DNA of 64,000 nucleotides from Eledone cirrhosa (Eukaryota). Position numbers and translations under genes: made by a program. Location: NCBI GenBank assembly GCA_964016885.1, contig OZ024759.1, positions 33,170,001 through 33,234,000 of the forward strand. Direction: 5' to 3'. How positions within the stretch are numbered: the stretch's first letter is position 1; each line of letters starts with the position of its first letter. The notes under the pieces are model-generated. The model was not told the origin of the DNA, did no database searches, and worked only from the letters and a program-made list of their open reading frames with translations. Shown one piece after another: positions 36,664 through 52,319 of the stretch.

Positions 36664-36999
36664 AATCTCGGAGAGAAGATGCCATTCTGTCAACATCTAG
36701 TTGTTAGTATTTGGACAAGTAATATCTGAAGTATTCATTAGAGTAACAAAGGTGATCATTGGACAATCCCATAGCTGAAGGCATTGCAGTTGAATTATAG
36801 GGACGATGTACACCACACCATTGTCATATTTCATATATACTGAGGACCATGTCAGATATACAGATTTACAGCTTCGTTTATATGTCTGTGTGCACTCAAA
36901 TGTATATAGATATACACATATACGAACGTACACATACACTTATTACACATACACACATTTACACAAATGAACCATACAGATTAACACATGGAAGCACCA

Positions 37000-37080
<81 letters not shown>

Positions 37081-37353
37081 ATAAAGATATATATATGTAT
37101 ATATATATATAATAAAGATATATATGTATATATATATATAATATAAATATATATGTATACATATATATATATATATTATAAATATATATGTATACATATA
37201 TATATTATAAATATATATGTATACATATATATATATATATTATAAATATATATGTATACATATATATATATATACTATAAATATATATGTATCCATATAT
37301 AATATAAAAATATATATATAATATAAATATATATGTATATATATATATATAAT

Positions 37354-37439
37354 TGTTTCTACTTTTGGCACAAGGCCAGCAAATACCCAGTACATTACTG
37401 GTACTTTATTTTATCGACGCCGTAGGGATGAAAGGCAAA
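37354..37439 (-). mobile_element. SINE S1 3' half
   Basis: Family match, truncated by TA tract. Confidence 0.88.
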
Positions 37440-37470
37440 TATAATATAAATAATATATATAAAATAAATA

Positions 37471-37522
<52 letters not shown>

Positions 37523-37550
37523 TATATGTATGTATATAGATTATATATAT

Positions 37551-37589
<39 letters not shown>

Positions 37590-37752
37590 TATATATATGT
37601 ACATATGTAATACAGAAGTGAAGAATAACATGGATCGGCTGTACAGTAGGGTTTATATATATATATCGGAGTAGTTATCCACACCACAATTACCTCCAAC
37701 ATAGCAGATCTCACCAACCCACAAACCGAACCGAAACTTGGCTTCTAATAAC

Positions 37753-37937
37753 TGTTTCTACATTTGGCACAAGGTCACCAAATACCCAGTGTATTACTGG
37801 TACTTTATTTTATCGACTCCGTAAGGATGAAAGGCAAAGTTAACATCGGCGGTATTTGAACACTTATCATAAAGGGCCGTAACTCTTTACTGCAAAGCAT
37901 GGCGTCCGAACTTCTACCGATACTGCCAATCCACCGC
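37753..37937 (-). mobile_element. SINE S1 full length
   Basis: Family match; TSD cttctaataac. Confidence 0.92.
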
Positions 37938-39909
37938 TTCTAATAACATCAATTTCTTCCTCAAATTGATTACCCTCTGTCTTCTATCAGTTGTTATAAT
38001 AGTCCTTATCAGAAGTCAACTCAACCAATATATACAAATCATTTTCTAGTTTCTTAATCAGATCTCATTACGTTCTTACTACAACAGAGACATCTTTTTC
38101 TTCTCAGCCGTTATCTCTAATTTTTCATTTAATTCTATTTATATGTTCATTTATTTATTGTCATTATTTTCATCATTGTTATTATTATTGTTATTATTGT
38201 TATTATTATTATCATTCTTCTTCTTCTTATTATTATTATAATTGTTTTTGTCATCATTATTTTTACTGTTGTTGTTATATTCTAGAATGGACATATCTCT
38301 GATGGCAATTCTTTTTCTATTTTTTTACGAAACAAATACATTAAAAAACATACAAACACAAACAACGCACATATCCCCCCACCCCCACACACATGCGTAA
38401 GCACACACACACAGACAACGCATACATCTCCCACACACACATTACACATTCTTTATATTAAACAAATACACACAATCTGCCACAGACGGAAGTGAAACAG
38501 ACACAATGACACTCAGACAATACAATAATACAACACACTTTACATAAATAATGAAATTTAAATAAATATATAATCAAAGAAACAAAATAAAAAAACAAAA
38601 TATTTAAATAATAAAATAAATAAATAAATAACCAACCAAATAAAAATTAAAACAAATTAAAAAATTAATAAAAAAAATCAAATAATTAAAAAATAAATAA
38701 TCAAATAGATATAAAAAATTAAAACAAGTGAATATCAGAAATTAAAAATGAAGATTATCACGAAACAAGAAATGCCGAAAGCCGATATATGTCGTACAAA
38801 TATAATTTATCCTTAAACTACTCATTGCATGGTTATATATCTTATTCCGGGAATTATTTATTCAATATTTTTGTTGTTATTTATTTTGTATTTGGCGGGA
38901 GTTTAGTTATTGTTTTTTTACTGTGTTTATATGTTAGTTTGTGTTTGTGTGTATGCTTTTTAGTTTTTGTTATTTTCTTTTTCTTTCGTCCTATATTCTT
39001 CTTCTTCTTCTTCTTCTTCTTATTATTATTATTATTATTATTTTCTTTTGGGACAATTTGAAAAATACGATTTAAATTACAAATTAATGATAGAATCCTA
39101 CGATGGAATAACAAAAAAAAATTAAAATAAACATTTAGATTTCATTTCTGCTTTGTTTTACCAAATCAAAAAAATATACAAAAAAAGACACGGAAAACAC
39201 CCCCACCACCACCATTCTTTCCCCATTCTCCCTGTCTCTCTTGTTTTATTGCTGCGATCAGATGTTAATAAAAAAACATGATTTTTAAATAATTAATCTA
39301 AACGACATGTAAACAATTCTTTATATTTTGATATTTGTTCATTTTATTTATTAATTAAAAAAATTACTGTTATTATTATTATTATTATTGTAATTGTTGT
39401 TGTTGTTGTTACTAATTGATGGACTCTTTAGATTGCTAACGATTTGGTCGGTTAGACGTGTCACTGTTTATGCAGAAGCTCTCATGATATTTTTACAAGA
39501 ACCGATTTTAAAATAAAACCCAAGAGATATTGATACGAAATTCGATGATAAGCGTTCCTGATTGAGTATTGGGAATCAGACAATTGCATCACAAATTCAA
39601 ATAAAATCCTCTCCTGATAACTGGAAGCCTAATCTGTAATGTTCAATATATTGCCTTTAATAGGAAGTATATACTGAATAAATAGTCTATAGTTGTATAT
39701 ATAATGAGCTGTTTATTAGCCACACAGGTCTCACATTAAGAAAATATTAAAGAAGAAACTTAGAAAAGACCAGCATTTTTTTTATATATATATATATATA
39801 TATAATTTCAAGTTATCAATAATGTAGTGATAATATATCGTCTCGTTAGAGATGAACAGCGTACATGTAGGTTTGCTCAACGAGTATAAATTATATTTCG
39901 GAGAAAATG

Positions 39910-40477
39910 TAGAAAAGATGAATATAAAATGAAAGTGCTTTTATAGAGGAATTTATTAGGTATTGACATATGTTTTTGTAACAGACGGAATACCTGCTTG
40001 CGTAATCATATAATGTTAGCAAGAATTCGATAGCAAATGTATAATCAGTTGTCACTTCTTCAGAGATATTGGATAAATTGGAAAAAATCAGAAAAATTGA
40101 AGTATTTATATTAGTTGTAAGAAAGGAAGAAGAGAGGGGATAGTATATGACAGATAACACTTCAATTTGTTGGTAAACAAGTATATAGAAGGTTTTTAAT
40201 GAGAATACAATGAGTATATGGGTTATTTTATCTAAATAAGAATTTTAGGAGTGCCTATTTTAATCTATATTTGACCAATTGAACAATGGACAGGGCTGGT
40301 CGTTTGGTGTAGTAGTATTAATACAGATTTAATTATAGATTTGCTATCGAATACTTGCTAACATTATATGATTACGGAAGCAGCGATACATAGGTATTCC
40401 GTCTGTTACAGAAACATATGTCAACACCTAATAAATTCCTCTATAAAAGCACTTTCAATTTATATTCATCTTTTCTA
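39910..40477. mobile_element. Fold-back PLE-like element, ~140-bp inverted arms with core-deleted hammerhead relic
   Basis: Arms 39910-40045 and 40332-40477; AGGUAUU..GAAA-CAUAUG-UC-AA(C/U)ACCU-AAUAAA; ends in (TA)n. Confidence 0.75.
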
Positions 40478-40549
<72 letters not shown>

Positions 40550-41519
40550 AAAGGTAAACAGAAATAACACCATCGGTGCAGTATATGGAAGGGATATATT
40601 ATGTTAACGCTTGGGTGTGTTACAATGCGATGTTAACCTCTGTAAGATTTACCTTAAAACGCATGAAGGTGTTGCACTTTATTGGTTTTATATATTCACC
40701 TCACCATAAATGCATAAACGGTAAAAATATATCTGCCAACATTCGAACTCAGAACAAAGGAGTGTCTAGTAAAATGAAACAGGTCGTCATTTACTTTTAA
40801 AGACACTATTCCTATTTTGTTGTTGTTGTTATTGTCCCCCCAAAGATATTATCGTCTCAGCAGACATGATTAGAAACTTTGCAAATAAAAATAAAATGAC
40901 ATTTTTGTTAGTTTTCAATCAGTATCGTGATACACGTTGTCAGGTATATGACACCTGTATATAGGAAAACCATTGAACGATGACCTATATGAAGATGAAA
41001 ATAATAAGAAAGAGAGAGACCGAAATTAAAATTAAGTATTGGAACTATGCTACGGAACCAATTCCATCTGTCACTTGCAGACCAGCAGACGCGGCCGTTA
41101 ATATACATTTTTGTTTCATATACGCAATAGTCGAGATTTGCTATAAATATATGAATAATGTTTGGAGATTCTAGTATTGATGTTTATATATTTATTAGGG
41201 AAACAACTGAATAAGACTGAGTCTTAAGAACACTGCTTCATCTTATGAACACTTCATTGGATTAAAAATGGTATAACCTCCGTCAGTTTTACGGTAGAGC
41301 GTTCAGTTGTTTGATCCACTCAACATCTTTCTCCTAAATGTAGGTATAAATTACTGAATATTTCACAAACACGTGTATCGTTAAAGAAATTGCCTCTGCC
41401 CAGACAGCCCTCAACCTGAAAACATGTATGTCACAGCTGGTCGTTTGAAATAGGAATACAATGATACCTCTGGCATTTCATACAATCTCCGCCAAAGCAA
41501 TTTTTACATCCGAGGCTAT

Positions 41520-41940
41520 CAGAAAAACACTTGCGCGAGTTGAAATGGAAAGCTTGAGTAAATCCCTCGAAGACGATGCCAGTCCATTGCAGGGTTAACC
41601 CCCAGCTGTTGCTGGTACTCATTTTCAATTGAGTATAACTACTATAGCAACATGAAATGAAGTGTTTTGCTTAAGAACACAACACACATCCCAGCCCAGG
41701 AATCGAAACCACGACATTATGATCTTATGTCCAACACTCTTACCATTAGGCCACGTAACACCAAAGAACACAACACAGAACCTAACTCAGGAATCGAACC
41801 CACAGCATTATGGTCGTAAGTCCAACATCCTTACCACTAGGCTACGTAACTTCAGAGAACATAACACACAACCCAGCCCAGGAATCAAACCCACAACATT
41901 GTCATCGTAAGTCCAACACCATTACGACTAAGCAAAGCAC
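41520..41940 (-). mobile_element. S2-type SINE with triplicated tRNA-like head
   Basis: Body gcagggttaacccccagc..ctggtactcatt..aagtgttttgcttaagaacacaac, then three ~90-bp units containing caggaatc(g/a)aa(a/c)ccac (B box, reverse strand). Confidence 0.75.
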
Positions 41941-41944
41941 CTAT

Positions 41945-42025
41945 ACGCAAGGTGCCGCACAGTAATATTGAACCCGGGATATCTTTGCTGCGAGCTGATT
42001 TCCTAACTAATCAGCCATCCCTGTA
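41945..42025 (-). mobile_element. tRNA-like head of another SINE family
   Basis: Reverse strand: ggatggctgattagttagg..gggttcaatattactgtgcggcaccttgc. Confidence 0.55.
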
Positions 42026-42412
42026 CTCAAGTAGTAGCATATGGCAAGCATATAACATATAACATGGAGACTAAACTGTAGGAACTAAAAGAAGTATTTA
42101 ATGTTTATATAAATAACCTCTTTATTTTATGGCTGACCTGAAATGTTTATCAAATATTCTATAAGATATCACAACACATGAACCAGAATATATGTGTTGA
42201 AGACATTAATAATAATAACAACAACAACAACACAACATCAACAATAATATAATAATGATGATAATAATAATTATAAGAAGAATAATAATGATAATAAGAA
42301 GAAGAAGAAAGAAGAAATAAAGATAGAAAGAAAATACCAGAAGTGATATCCTTATATTCCGTAGAAAGATTACAAGAAACGGGGAAATCTAACATGATTC
42401 CAAGAAAACAAA

Positions 42413-44380
<1,968 letters not shown>

Positions 44381-45289
44381 ATATTTTCTCTGTCGTTGAT
44401 GGTGATGTTTTTTCCTGGAGTTTTTTCTAGTTGATTCAATCTAAACATATATCACTACTGTTTTCTTAATCTAACTTTTGTATTTCGAATTTATAAGGAA
44501 CATCGAAACACCTTCTTGCAGGGGGGAAAAAATGGTGAGGAAGAAATGGAACAAAAAAAACATAAAAATAAAAACAGACCAGAAAATATAAAAATAAATC
44601 TCAATACGGATGAAAAATATTAATGATAAATAATGTATATATACACACATTATATATATATATATATATATAAATATATATATCGCAGGAAATCTATTTT
44701 AACAAATAAAGATTTATACATTTTCCTTCGATTTCATAGAAGAAGAACGGGAAGGGGGAGACGAAGAAGATGAAGAAGAATAAGAAGAAGAAAAGAAAGA
44801 AAACAGTAATAAGGGGTGGAAGGGAAATGGTAAACAAAAGGGGACAAGAAAGAGGGATAACATTAATATAAAATATGATACAAAAATAAATAAAGATAAA
44901 AAAATAAACAGGAACAAATGAAATAAAAATGAAAAAAATGTGAATAATAAAAATCAAAGTTAAGATGAGGAAAATTTACCTTGTCCCCTGTCTTGATATT
45001 TGCCGCAATGGCGGTAAAATTGATATAGCAAATTGCATAGGTCATTGATGTATAATACATGTAATATGTCAGTATGATATAATGGTGTGTGGCGGAAGAT
45101 TATTGATATAAATATTTGATGTAATTTTGAAACAGTGGGAAAGCCATTTATCAAAAACCTCATTCATGGCAATCCTCTCATTGGTGAATGGACAAAATGG
45201 CTGTTGCCGAAAACTGGTGTTGTGTTGTGTTGTGCTAAGGGATTCATTCAATAGGTTTTCCAATATACATACTGCATATGTGAACGTAT

Positions 45290-45585
45290 ATATATATATA
45301 AATTTATATATATATACTATATATATTATATATATATTTATATATATATATACTATATATATTATATATATATTTATATATATATTATATCTATTATATA
45401 TATATTTATATATATATTATATCTATTATATATATATTTATATATATATTATATCTATTATATATATATTTATATATATATTATATCTATTATATATATA
45501 TTTATATATACATTATATCTATTATATATATATTTATATATATATTATATCTATTATATATATATATATATATATATATTATATC

Positions 45586-45628
<43 letters not shown>

Positions 45629-45767
45629 CTATTATATATATATATATATATATATATTATATCTATTATATATATACATATATATATATATATTATATCT
45701 ATTATATATATACATATATATATATATATTATATCTATTATATATATATATATATATATATTATATC

Positions 45768-45812
<45 letters not shown>
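45290..45812. repeat. (TA)n-derived minisatellite with attatatctatt unit
   Basis: Direct inspection. Confidence 0.9.
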
Positions 45813-45817
<5 letters not shown>

Positions 45818-46094
45818 GATATAACGTACATATATATATGTGTGCATGTATGTATATATACATACTACTGTACGTCTGTATACATAAATGTATGTACGTA
45901 TACATACTTATATTTAAGTAACAGCCGTACTAAGAATGAGTGACAAATGAAATTTCGTTTCATATTTTCCACTTTTCGTTTTCGGTACTCCGGCCGATTA
46001 ACTCACATGATATGCAAATTAGGCTGCTCAGCCGTTAATATGCATAATGAAAGTATATACTTTCAGACGTTCCATCATCTGGCAGGAAGGTATA

Positions 46095-46135
46095 CGGTGC
46101 TGACGATAGCTAATAAGCTTGAAACTAGTACATTG
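46095..46135 (+). ncRNA. Minimal type I hammerhead ribozyme motif (predicted cut after GUA, 46130)
   Basis: CGGUG-CUGACGA-U AGCU AAUA AGCU U-GAAA-CUAG-UA-CAUUG; palindromic ACUAGU stem III. Confidence 0.82.
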
Positions 46136-46727
46136 TTCCTTTGTCAGTGTTGAACAAAAGGGCAACGATGGTTGCTAAACACTGTACGGCTTAATTCGGG
46201 ATTTCTGTTTACAAACAAGCATTATAATAAATGTTCGGTAAACCGATACGTACATATATATATATATGTGTGCATGTATGTATATATATGCATACTACTG
46301 TACGTCTGTATACATATATGTATGTACGTATACATACTTATATATATATATATATTATATGTATATATATATATGTATGCACTGATATACAACACATATA
46401 TTCATACATACATACATATCTAGCCCTCGTCTCTAGTGGTGGGTGGATGGGCACTATGTCAGTTTATTACATGGAATTAACACTGCCCTTCCATCCATGT
46501 TCTATTTGCATCACAAAACATATTAATATATTTGTTTAACACAAATACACAATCATATTAACATGCACACAAACAGACAGGGGAGATACACGCACAGATA
46601 TACAGATATACATACATATATATATATAAACAGACACAACCCCCCCCCTATATATATATATATATATATACATATATAATATATATATATATAATATATA
46701 CACATGGGGAGGCGGGTGTTCTCTCTG

Positions 46728-46775
<48 letters not shown>

Positions 46776-46889
46776 CAGAGATAAATATTAACAGAAATAT
46801 TTACTCACATTTATAGCTGAGTCAATTTATACATTAAAAAGTTAAAAAGCATACCGGGCCTCATATATAAATATATGTGCACTCTATAC

Positions 46890-46964
<75 letters not shown>

Positions 46965-47037
46965 AGATCACCAAAGTTCAACATTTAATACATTATTTAT
47001 TTGAAAGATCACTCAAGCTCTTTAAATTTCTGAATAC

Positions 47038-47116
<79 letters not shown>

Positions 47117-47694
47117 TATATATATATAAAGTATTCAGAATATTGGCCGTCTATGAGTGGGAGTTGATGCGTCTCAAATTGGTAAGGTGTAATTTGTTTA
47201 GACATAGACACATACATTTCTCTGATTTCGCAGTGAAAGTTTAAATTATTTGCTTTGCCCTTAACACTTCTTTGTAAAGCAAACTGTTAGTCTTTATTTT
47301 CTTGTTTATGTATGTGTATATATATTCTCGCTCGATTTCCTCGTGTTCAATTTTACAGACAGAAAATATAATAGTATGTGTATGACATCAATGATTAATT
47401 TATTTGATAATACCTATATCTCCAGACTGGTTCTGTAGGGCAACAAAGACATATTCTGTCTGTAGATTTAATTCAGTTACCAGAGGCTGGTAAGTATTCA
47501 GTAATTTCCTTAGCATATGTTAGTAAAGTTTAAGGTAATGCACATCGATTTTAGACAAGCGTATTTGAAAGATATCCTAAAGGTGTGACGTGAAATGGTT
47601 CTATTATAGAAGTATTCAGATATTCATTTATTTAGTTTGATTTGATTTGGTTTAAGGTAGTTGAGAATTCCACAAATATGTACCTACAAGTAAG

Positions 47695-48178
47695 ATAACA
47701 CTTGTGAAGGTTCTATGGGATTTCGGGATACAGACAGACAATAAATTAGAACCCAATAGGACTGACCTGGTCGTTTTTGTTAAGGAAAAATGATCGTGCC
47801 TCATTGTAGATGTAGCCTGCCCCTTTGAGACGAGAATGCAAGAAAAGGAGAAGGGGGTAAATTAACCGATACCAGGATTTAAAGTGGGAGATAAATAGGA
47901 TTTGGGACTCATAAAATCAAGGTCGTCCCGATTGTCATAGGAGCCCTAGGTACTATCTCAAAGAGTTTTCAAGGGCGGTTAAAGAAAATTAGTCCAGCCC
48001 CGTATTTTGGAACACTTCAAAAGGCATCCAAGAACCTTCCGATACGTCCTGAATATCTGAGGCTGCAGGTAGCGGCTTGATATTCATTTCAACAAACTTT
48101 CCAGTTAAATAACATCAATGACTGAGACTCAAATAATAATAATAATAATAATACTACTACTAATAATAATAATAATAA
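47695..48178 (+). mobile_element. RLE-type (R4/Dong-like) LINE 3' remnant with (TAA)n tail
   Basis: KVLWDFGIQTDNKLEPNRTDLVV..SCLIVDVACPFE..YQDLKWEINRIW..VVPIVIGALGTISK: restriction-like endonuclease region with stops and frameshifts; tail 48131-48178. Confidence 0.88.
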
Positions 48179-48247
48179 GCCCGATTTGTAGGAGATTAGG
48201 AGAGGGAGAGGAAACTGTGGCTCACATCCCATGAGAGTGTAAACTGA
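48179..48247 (+). pseudogene. CCHC zinc-knuckle-like fragment of an RLE LINE
   Basis: PICRRLGEGEETVAHIP*EC resembles CRxCxxxxETxxHIxxxC. Confidence 0.6.
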
Positions 48248-48374
48248 ACAATTTACCAGAATTGGTGGTGGAAAACAACTGGGTGAAGGTATTATTGATC
48301 ATATCTATATCATACGCTACAATATCAGAACATATATATTTATGTATATATATATATGTATATATTGGGGGAGA

Positions 48375-48420
<46 letters not shown>

Positions 48421-48422
<2 letters not shown>

Positions 48423-48471
48423 GCTTTTACAGGACTAGAACCGTTTCATTCGTGAGAAATCATCAGAGCAT
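48421..48471 (-). ncRNA. Family D hammerhead motif as an isolated 51-bp island in (TA)n
   Basis: AUGCU-CUGAUGA-U UUC UCAC GAA U-GAAA-CGG UUCUAGUC CUG-UA-(AA)AGCAU. Confidence 0.78.
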
Positions 48472-48557
48472 TTATATATATATATGCATACATATATATG
48501 TATACACATATATACATATACACATACACATATATACATATATACATACATATACAC

Positions 48558-48592
<35 letters not shown>

Positions 48593-48791
48593 GATACATA
48601 TACATATATATATATATATATACACACACACTCTCCCCCATATATATACATATATGTATATATATATATACATGAATATATATATATATACATGAATATA
48701 TATGTTCTGATATTGTAATGTTTGATATAGATATGATCGATAATTAGAGAGAGAGAGAGAGAGAGAGATAGAGAGAAAGTGAGAGAGAGAG

Positions 48792-48824
<33 letters not shown>

Positions 48825-49309
48825 TAGATAGATAGATAGAGAGAAATCATCAGACGATAATGAACAACAGCCATAATTGAAATACAAGCTACAACAATAA
48901 TTACAACAACAATAACAACAACAACAACAACAACAACAACAAGCAGATTAACAACAACCACATAAGCAACAACAACAACAGTAACAATAACAACAGCATC
49001 AATAATAAATCAATTCCTAAACTTGCTAACAAAAATCATTTCTAAAATATTCAAATATAACAATATATCTCTAAAGCAACACCAGGTGAATATTAAACAA
49101 AGATAAACATCAAAAGGGGTAGATAACTCTATATGTAGGTGGCGTGGTAGTTGGGGAATGACTAAAGAATATGTACTTAATGAACTCTTAGTAGTTTGTT
49201 TGTTTGAAACACTGCAGAATATAAATCGAAATTTCCAGAACACTGTCTGATTAGATGTGTTTTCCTTAATTTTGCTTTATTGATAGAAAAACATAATTTT
49301 TGTGTGTCC

Positions 49310-49880
49310 AATATTGATATTTCCCGATATATTCCTGTCCAGTATCCATCTTCCTGTTTTCAATATAGGTAACATGAAGTTCACAACAGTTACATGTCCA
49401 ACATGGTTATCTTCAGTTCCAGATTCCAGGCCTTAATCTCAGTCCATGTTATCAATATACGCGACATAAGACCAACCACATTTCCTAGTCCAAAAGAGCC
49501 ATCTTCAATTCCTGGATGAATTCTAGACCCATATCCTGCTACAGCTTGTCAATGTATGTGACGTGAGGTCAACCATATTTGTATCTATCTCCATCTTTGT
49601 TGTCATCTCCAATTCCTAGATACATTCCAGGCCTCAATACTACTTAGGTGACCAATATACGCTACGCGACATGAGGCCGACCACATTTGTATCTCCATCT
49701 TTGCGGCTACATGCTCTTCCTGAATACATTCTAGTCCTCAAACCCACCCCAGCTTATCAGTATACGATATGTGAGGGAGGCCAACAACACTTCTTTGTCC
49801 AACAGAGCCAGCTTCAATGCCTGGATAGATTCCAGGCCAGTGTCCAGGTATAGGTTGTCAATATATGTGACATGTCAAAC
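49310..49880. repeat. Diverged ~100-bp tandem repeat x ~6
   Basis: tcaatata(c/t)g..gacatgaggccaaccacattt and ttcctggatagattccaggcc-like motifs recur at 93-104-bp spacing. Confidence 0.7.
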
Positions 49881-49978
49881 ACTGCTTTACTATGTGTCTG
49901 GATAGTTTAGACCAGTTATCTTCTACGGGTGTCAGTGTCTGTAACATTGCATCCACCAAATTACGTTGGACATCATTT

Positions 49979-50065
<87 letters not shown>

Positions 50066-50079
50066 TGAGTGTGTGTGTA

Positions 50080-50235
50080 TCCTTGGTTCAATCTGGGGCG
50101 ACCACAGTAAGGTACTCAACATATAATAGAGTATATACAATATTTAATATAGAAATGGCTTCTACAGGACTAGAACTGTTTCATTTGAAGATCATCAGTA
50201 AATCCAACTGGCATAGACAATAAAGAAAACAAAAA
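50080..50235 (-). mobile_element. Family D element with hammerhead core (50157-50205), weak stems I/II
   Basis: CUGAUGA-UCUUCAAAU-GAAA-CAG UUCUAGUC CUG-UA-GAAGCC; shares accacagtaaggtactcaa with ~18520. Confidence 0.75.
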
Positions 50236-50352
50236 TATATATGTGTACGTGTATATATGTTTATATATATATATATATAAACATATATACACGTACACAT
50301 ATATCTATATACATATATATAAAAGTATATTTGTATAAACAACATATAACAA

Positions 50353-50416
<64 letters not shown>

Positions 50417-50646
50417 AAACATATTTAAAACATGACTGAATCTTAACCATCTACTATGTCAGGGTATGCCATGCATCATCTTGAGGACGTACTGTTGAAC
50501 TTAACTCAGTACCTCTGAAATATGTATAATAAAATATAATTGATCACAAGAATATCTGTTTTGTTAATATGTTGAATTAATATTATATATATATATATAT
50601 ATGAGAGTATTGAAGTTTGCTTGAAGACTTGTGGAACAATAAGTAA

Positions 50647-50765
50647 ATATCTTTAAGTCGTTTGGAAGCCTCGACGTACACCCACTTACATCTCTCTCTC
50701 CACCACCGGACCTTGTTACCCGGAGATTTACCCATTTGCATTGTCGAGGCTTCCAAACGACTTAA

Positions 50766-50771
<6 letters not shown>
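50647..50771. repeat. Perfect 29-bp inverted repeat with 67-bp spacer
   Basis: atatctttaagtcgtttggaagcctcgac / gtcgaggcttccaaacgacttaaagatat; ends in (TA)n. Confidence 0.9.
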
Positions 50772-50820
<49 letters not shown>

Positions 50821-51683
50821 TATTTGTCTCACTCGCTTTACGCGATTTACTTCTCCCAATAGCTTTTTTTAGTTATTGCTCGCACCAACCTGAAGTATAT
50901 GATTTTTAATGCGATGAAATATCAATGATAGTTGTCAAATCACTGACGAGGGACTAATTTTGTCATATGTAACCCATGTGCAACCACGCAGTATTCTTCT
51001 TTCTTCTCATGTTTATATATATATATATATAACGAAAGATTAATATGGTTCGTTGATTATTTACCGAATGCAATACTGGAATTGAATAATCAAAACCGTA
51101 GCGTTATGTCGCATATCAAATCTTATATTTTATCCGATCAAAACGTATTTAAACAACATTGTACCTTTCAAATATGTATAATAAAATATATATTTTGATT
51201 ATGAGAATATTTTACATTTATTAATATTTTGGATTATATATATATTTATACACACACACACATATATATATTTATATATAAACTGGCTTAGCTAATTACT
51301 AATATATCTATCGTTTTCCTCACTATTAACAATTCTTACATTACAGTAAGAATATATAATACACGATATAAATCCAGCTGAAATCTATTCAAACCACACA
51401 CAGTAATTTTCAATTTCAATTACACATCTTAATGATATATTTTCGCAGTAATTTTCTTTTTCATATCCATCATGTCCTTCATAGTAATTTCGTTTCTACA
51501 CTTGAAGCTTTATTTCTAATAAATCTATGGCGTATTTATCTCCATTTCTAAATTACTTTGGATTTGCTTTCTTTAATTCTAATGATTAGTTATCAGGGTG
51601 GTGACACAAACATACGACATGGAACAATCTGGAATCTGCTATATAATTTGGAAATGAATTAATTTTCGTTACACACACACACA

Positions 51684-51719
<36 letters not shown>

Positions 51720-51743
51720 ACTACAATAAAACTCACCTCCTAC

Positions 51744-51779
<36 letters not shown>

Positions 51780-51828
51780 TATATAGATATATTTATACTT
51801 ATCTGTGTGTATGCATGAATATATTTCT

Positions 51829-51876
<48 letters not shown>

Positions 51877-52319
51877 CACACATGTGTGTGAACATGTAAT
51901 TTATATCGCTGTTGTTGTCCAAATTACAATGCATACGTTACGTGGTTCAATTATCGCGGGTGGTTATGGCCATGTTTAGCATGTCACCTTGTATTTAAAT
52001 GAAGTATTTAACTTTTATTGTACATACATAAAGAGATAGAGGAAAATAGAAAGGAGGAGGTATTTCCATATATATGTGTCCTGTGTGTGTGTGTTTGTGT
52101 TTGTGTTTGTAATTGTGTATGTATGCTTACATTTGTGTAATATTACAGATCATCGGTGAACAGTAGAAAAGATATACCGTATGTAAAGTTGTGCAGTAAT
52201 TGTTTGATATGAGGCAGCACATAACACATCACTGTTCAACATTACAACCAACCTTAATAAAACACTGCACAACAACATATAGAACAAGATCAGAAAACAC
52301 GAGACATATTGGCTAACAC

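Noticed and set aside
38080-39420. Possible host 3' UTR or exon-flanking sequence (also 18800-19450, 44390-45260)
   Set aside because: No recognisable coding exon or splice context; cannot be supported without transcript data.
50940-50975. CTGACGA-GGGAC..GTC
   Set aside because: 5' half only; no GAAA, stem III or stem I partner.
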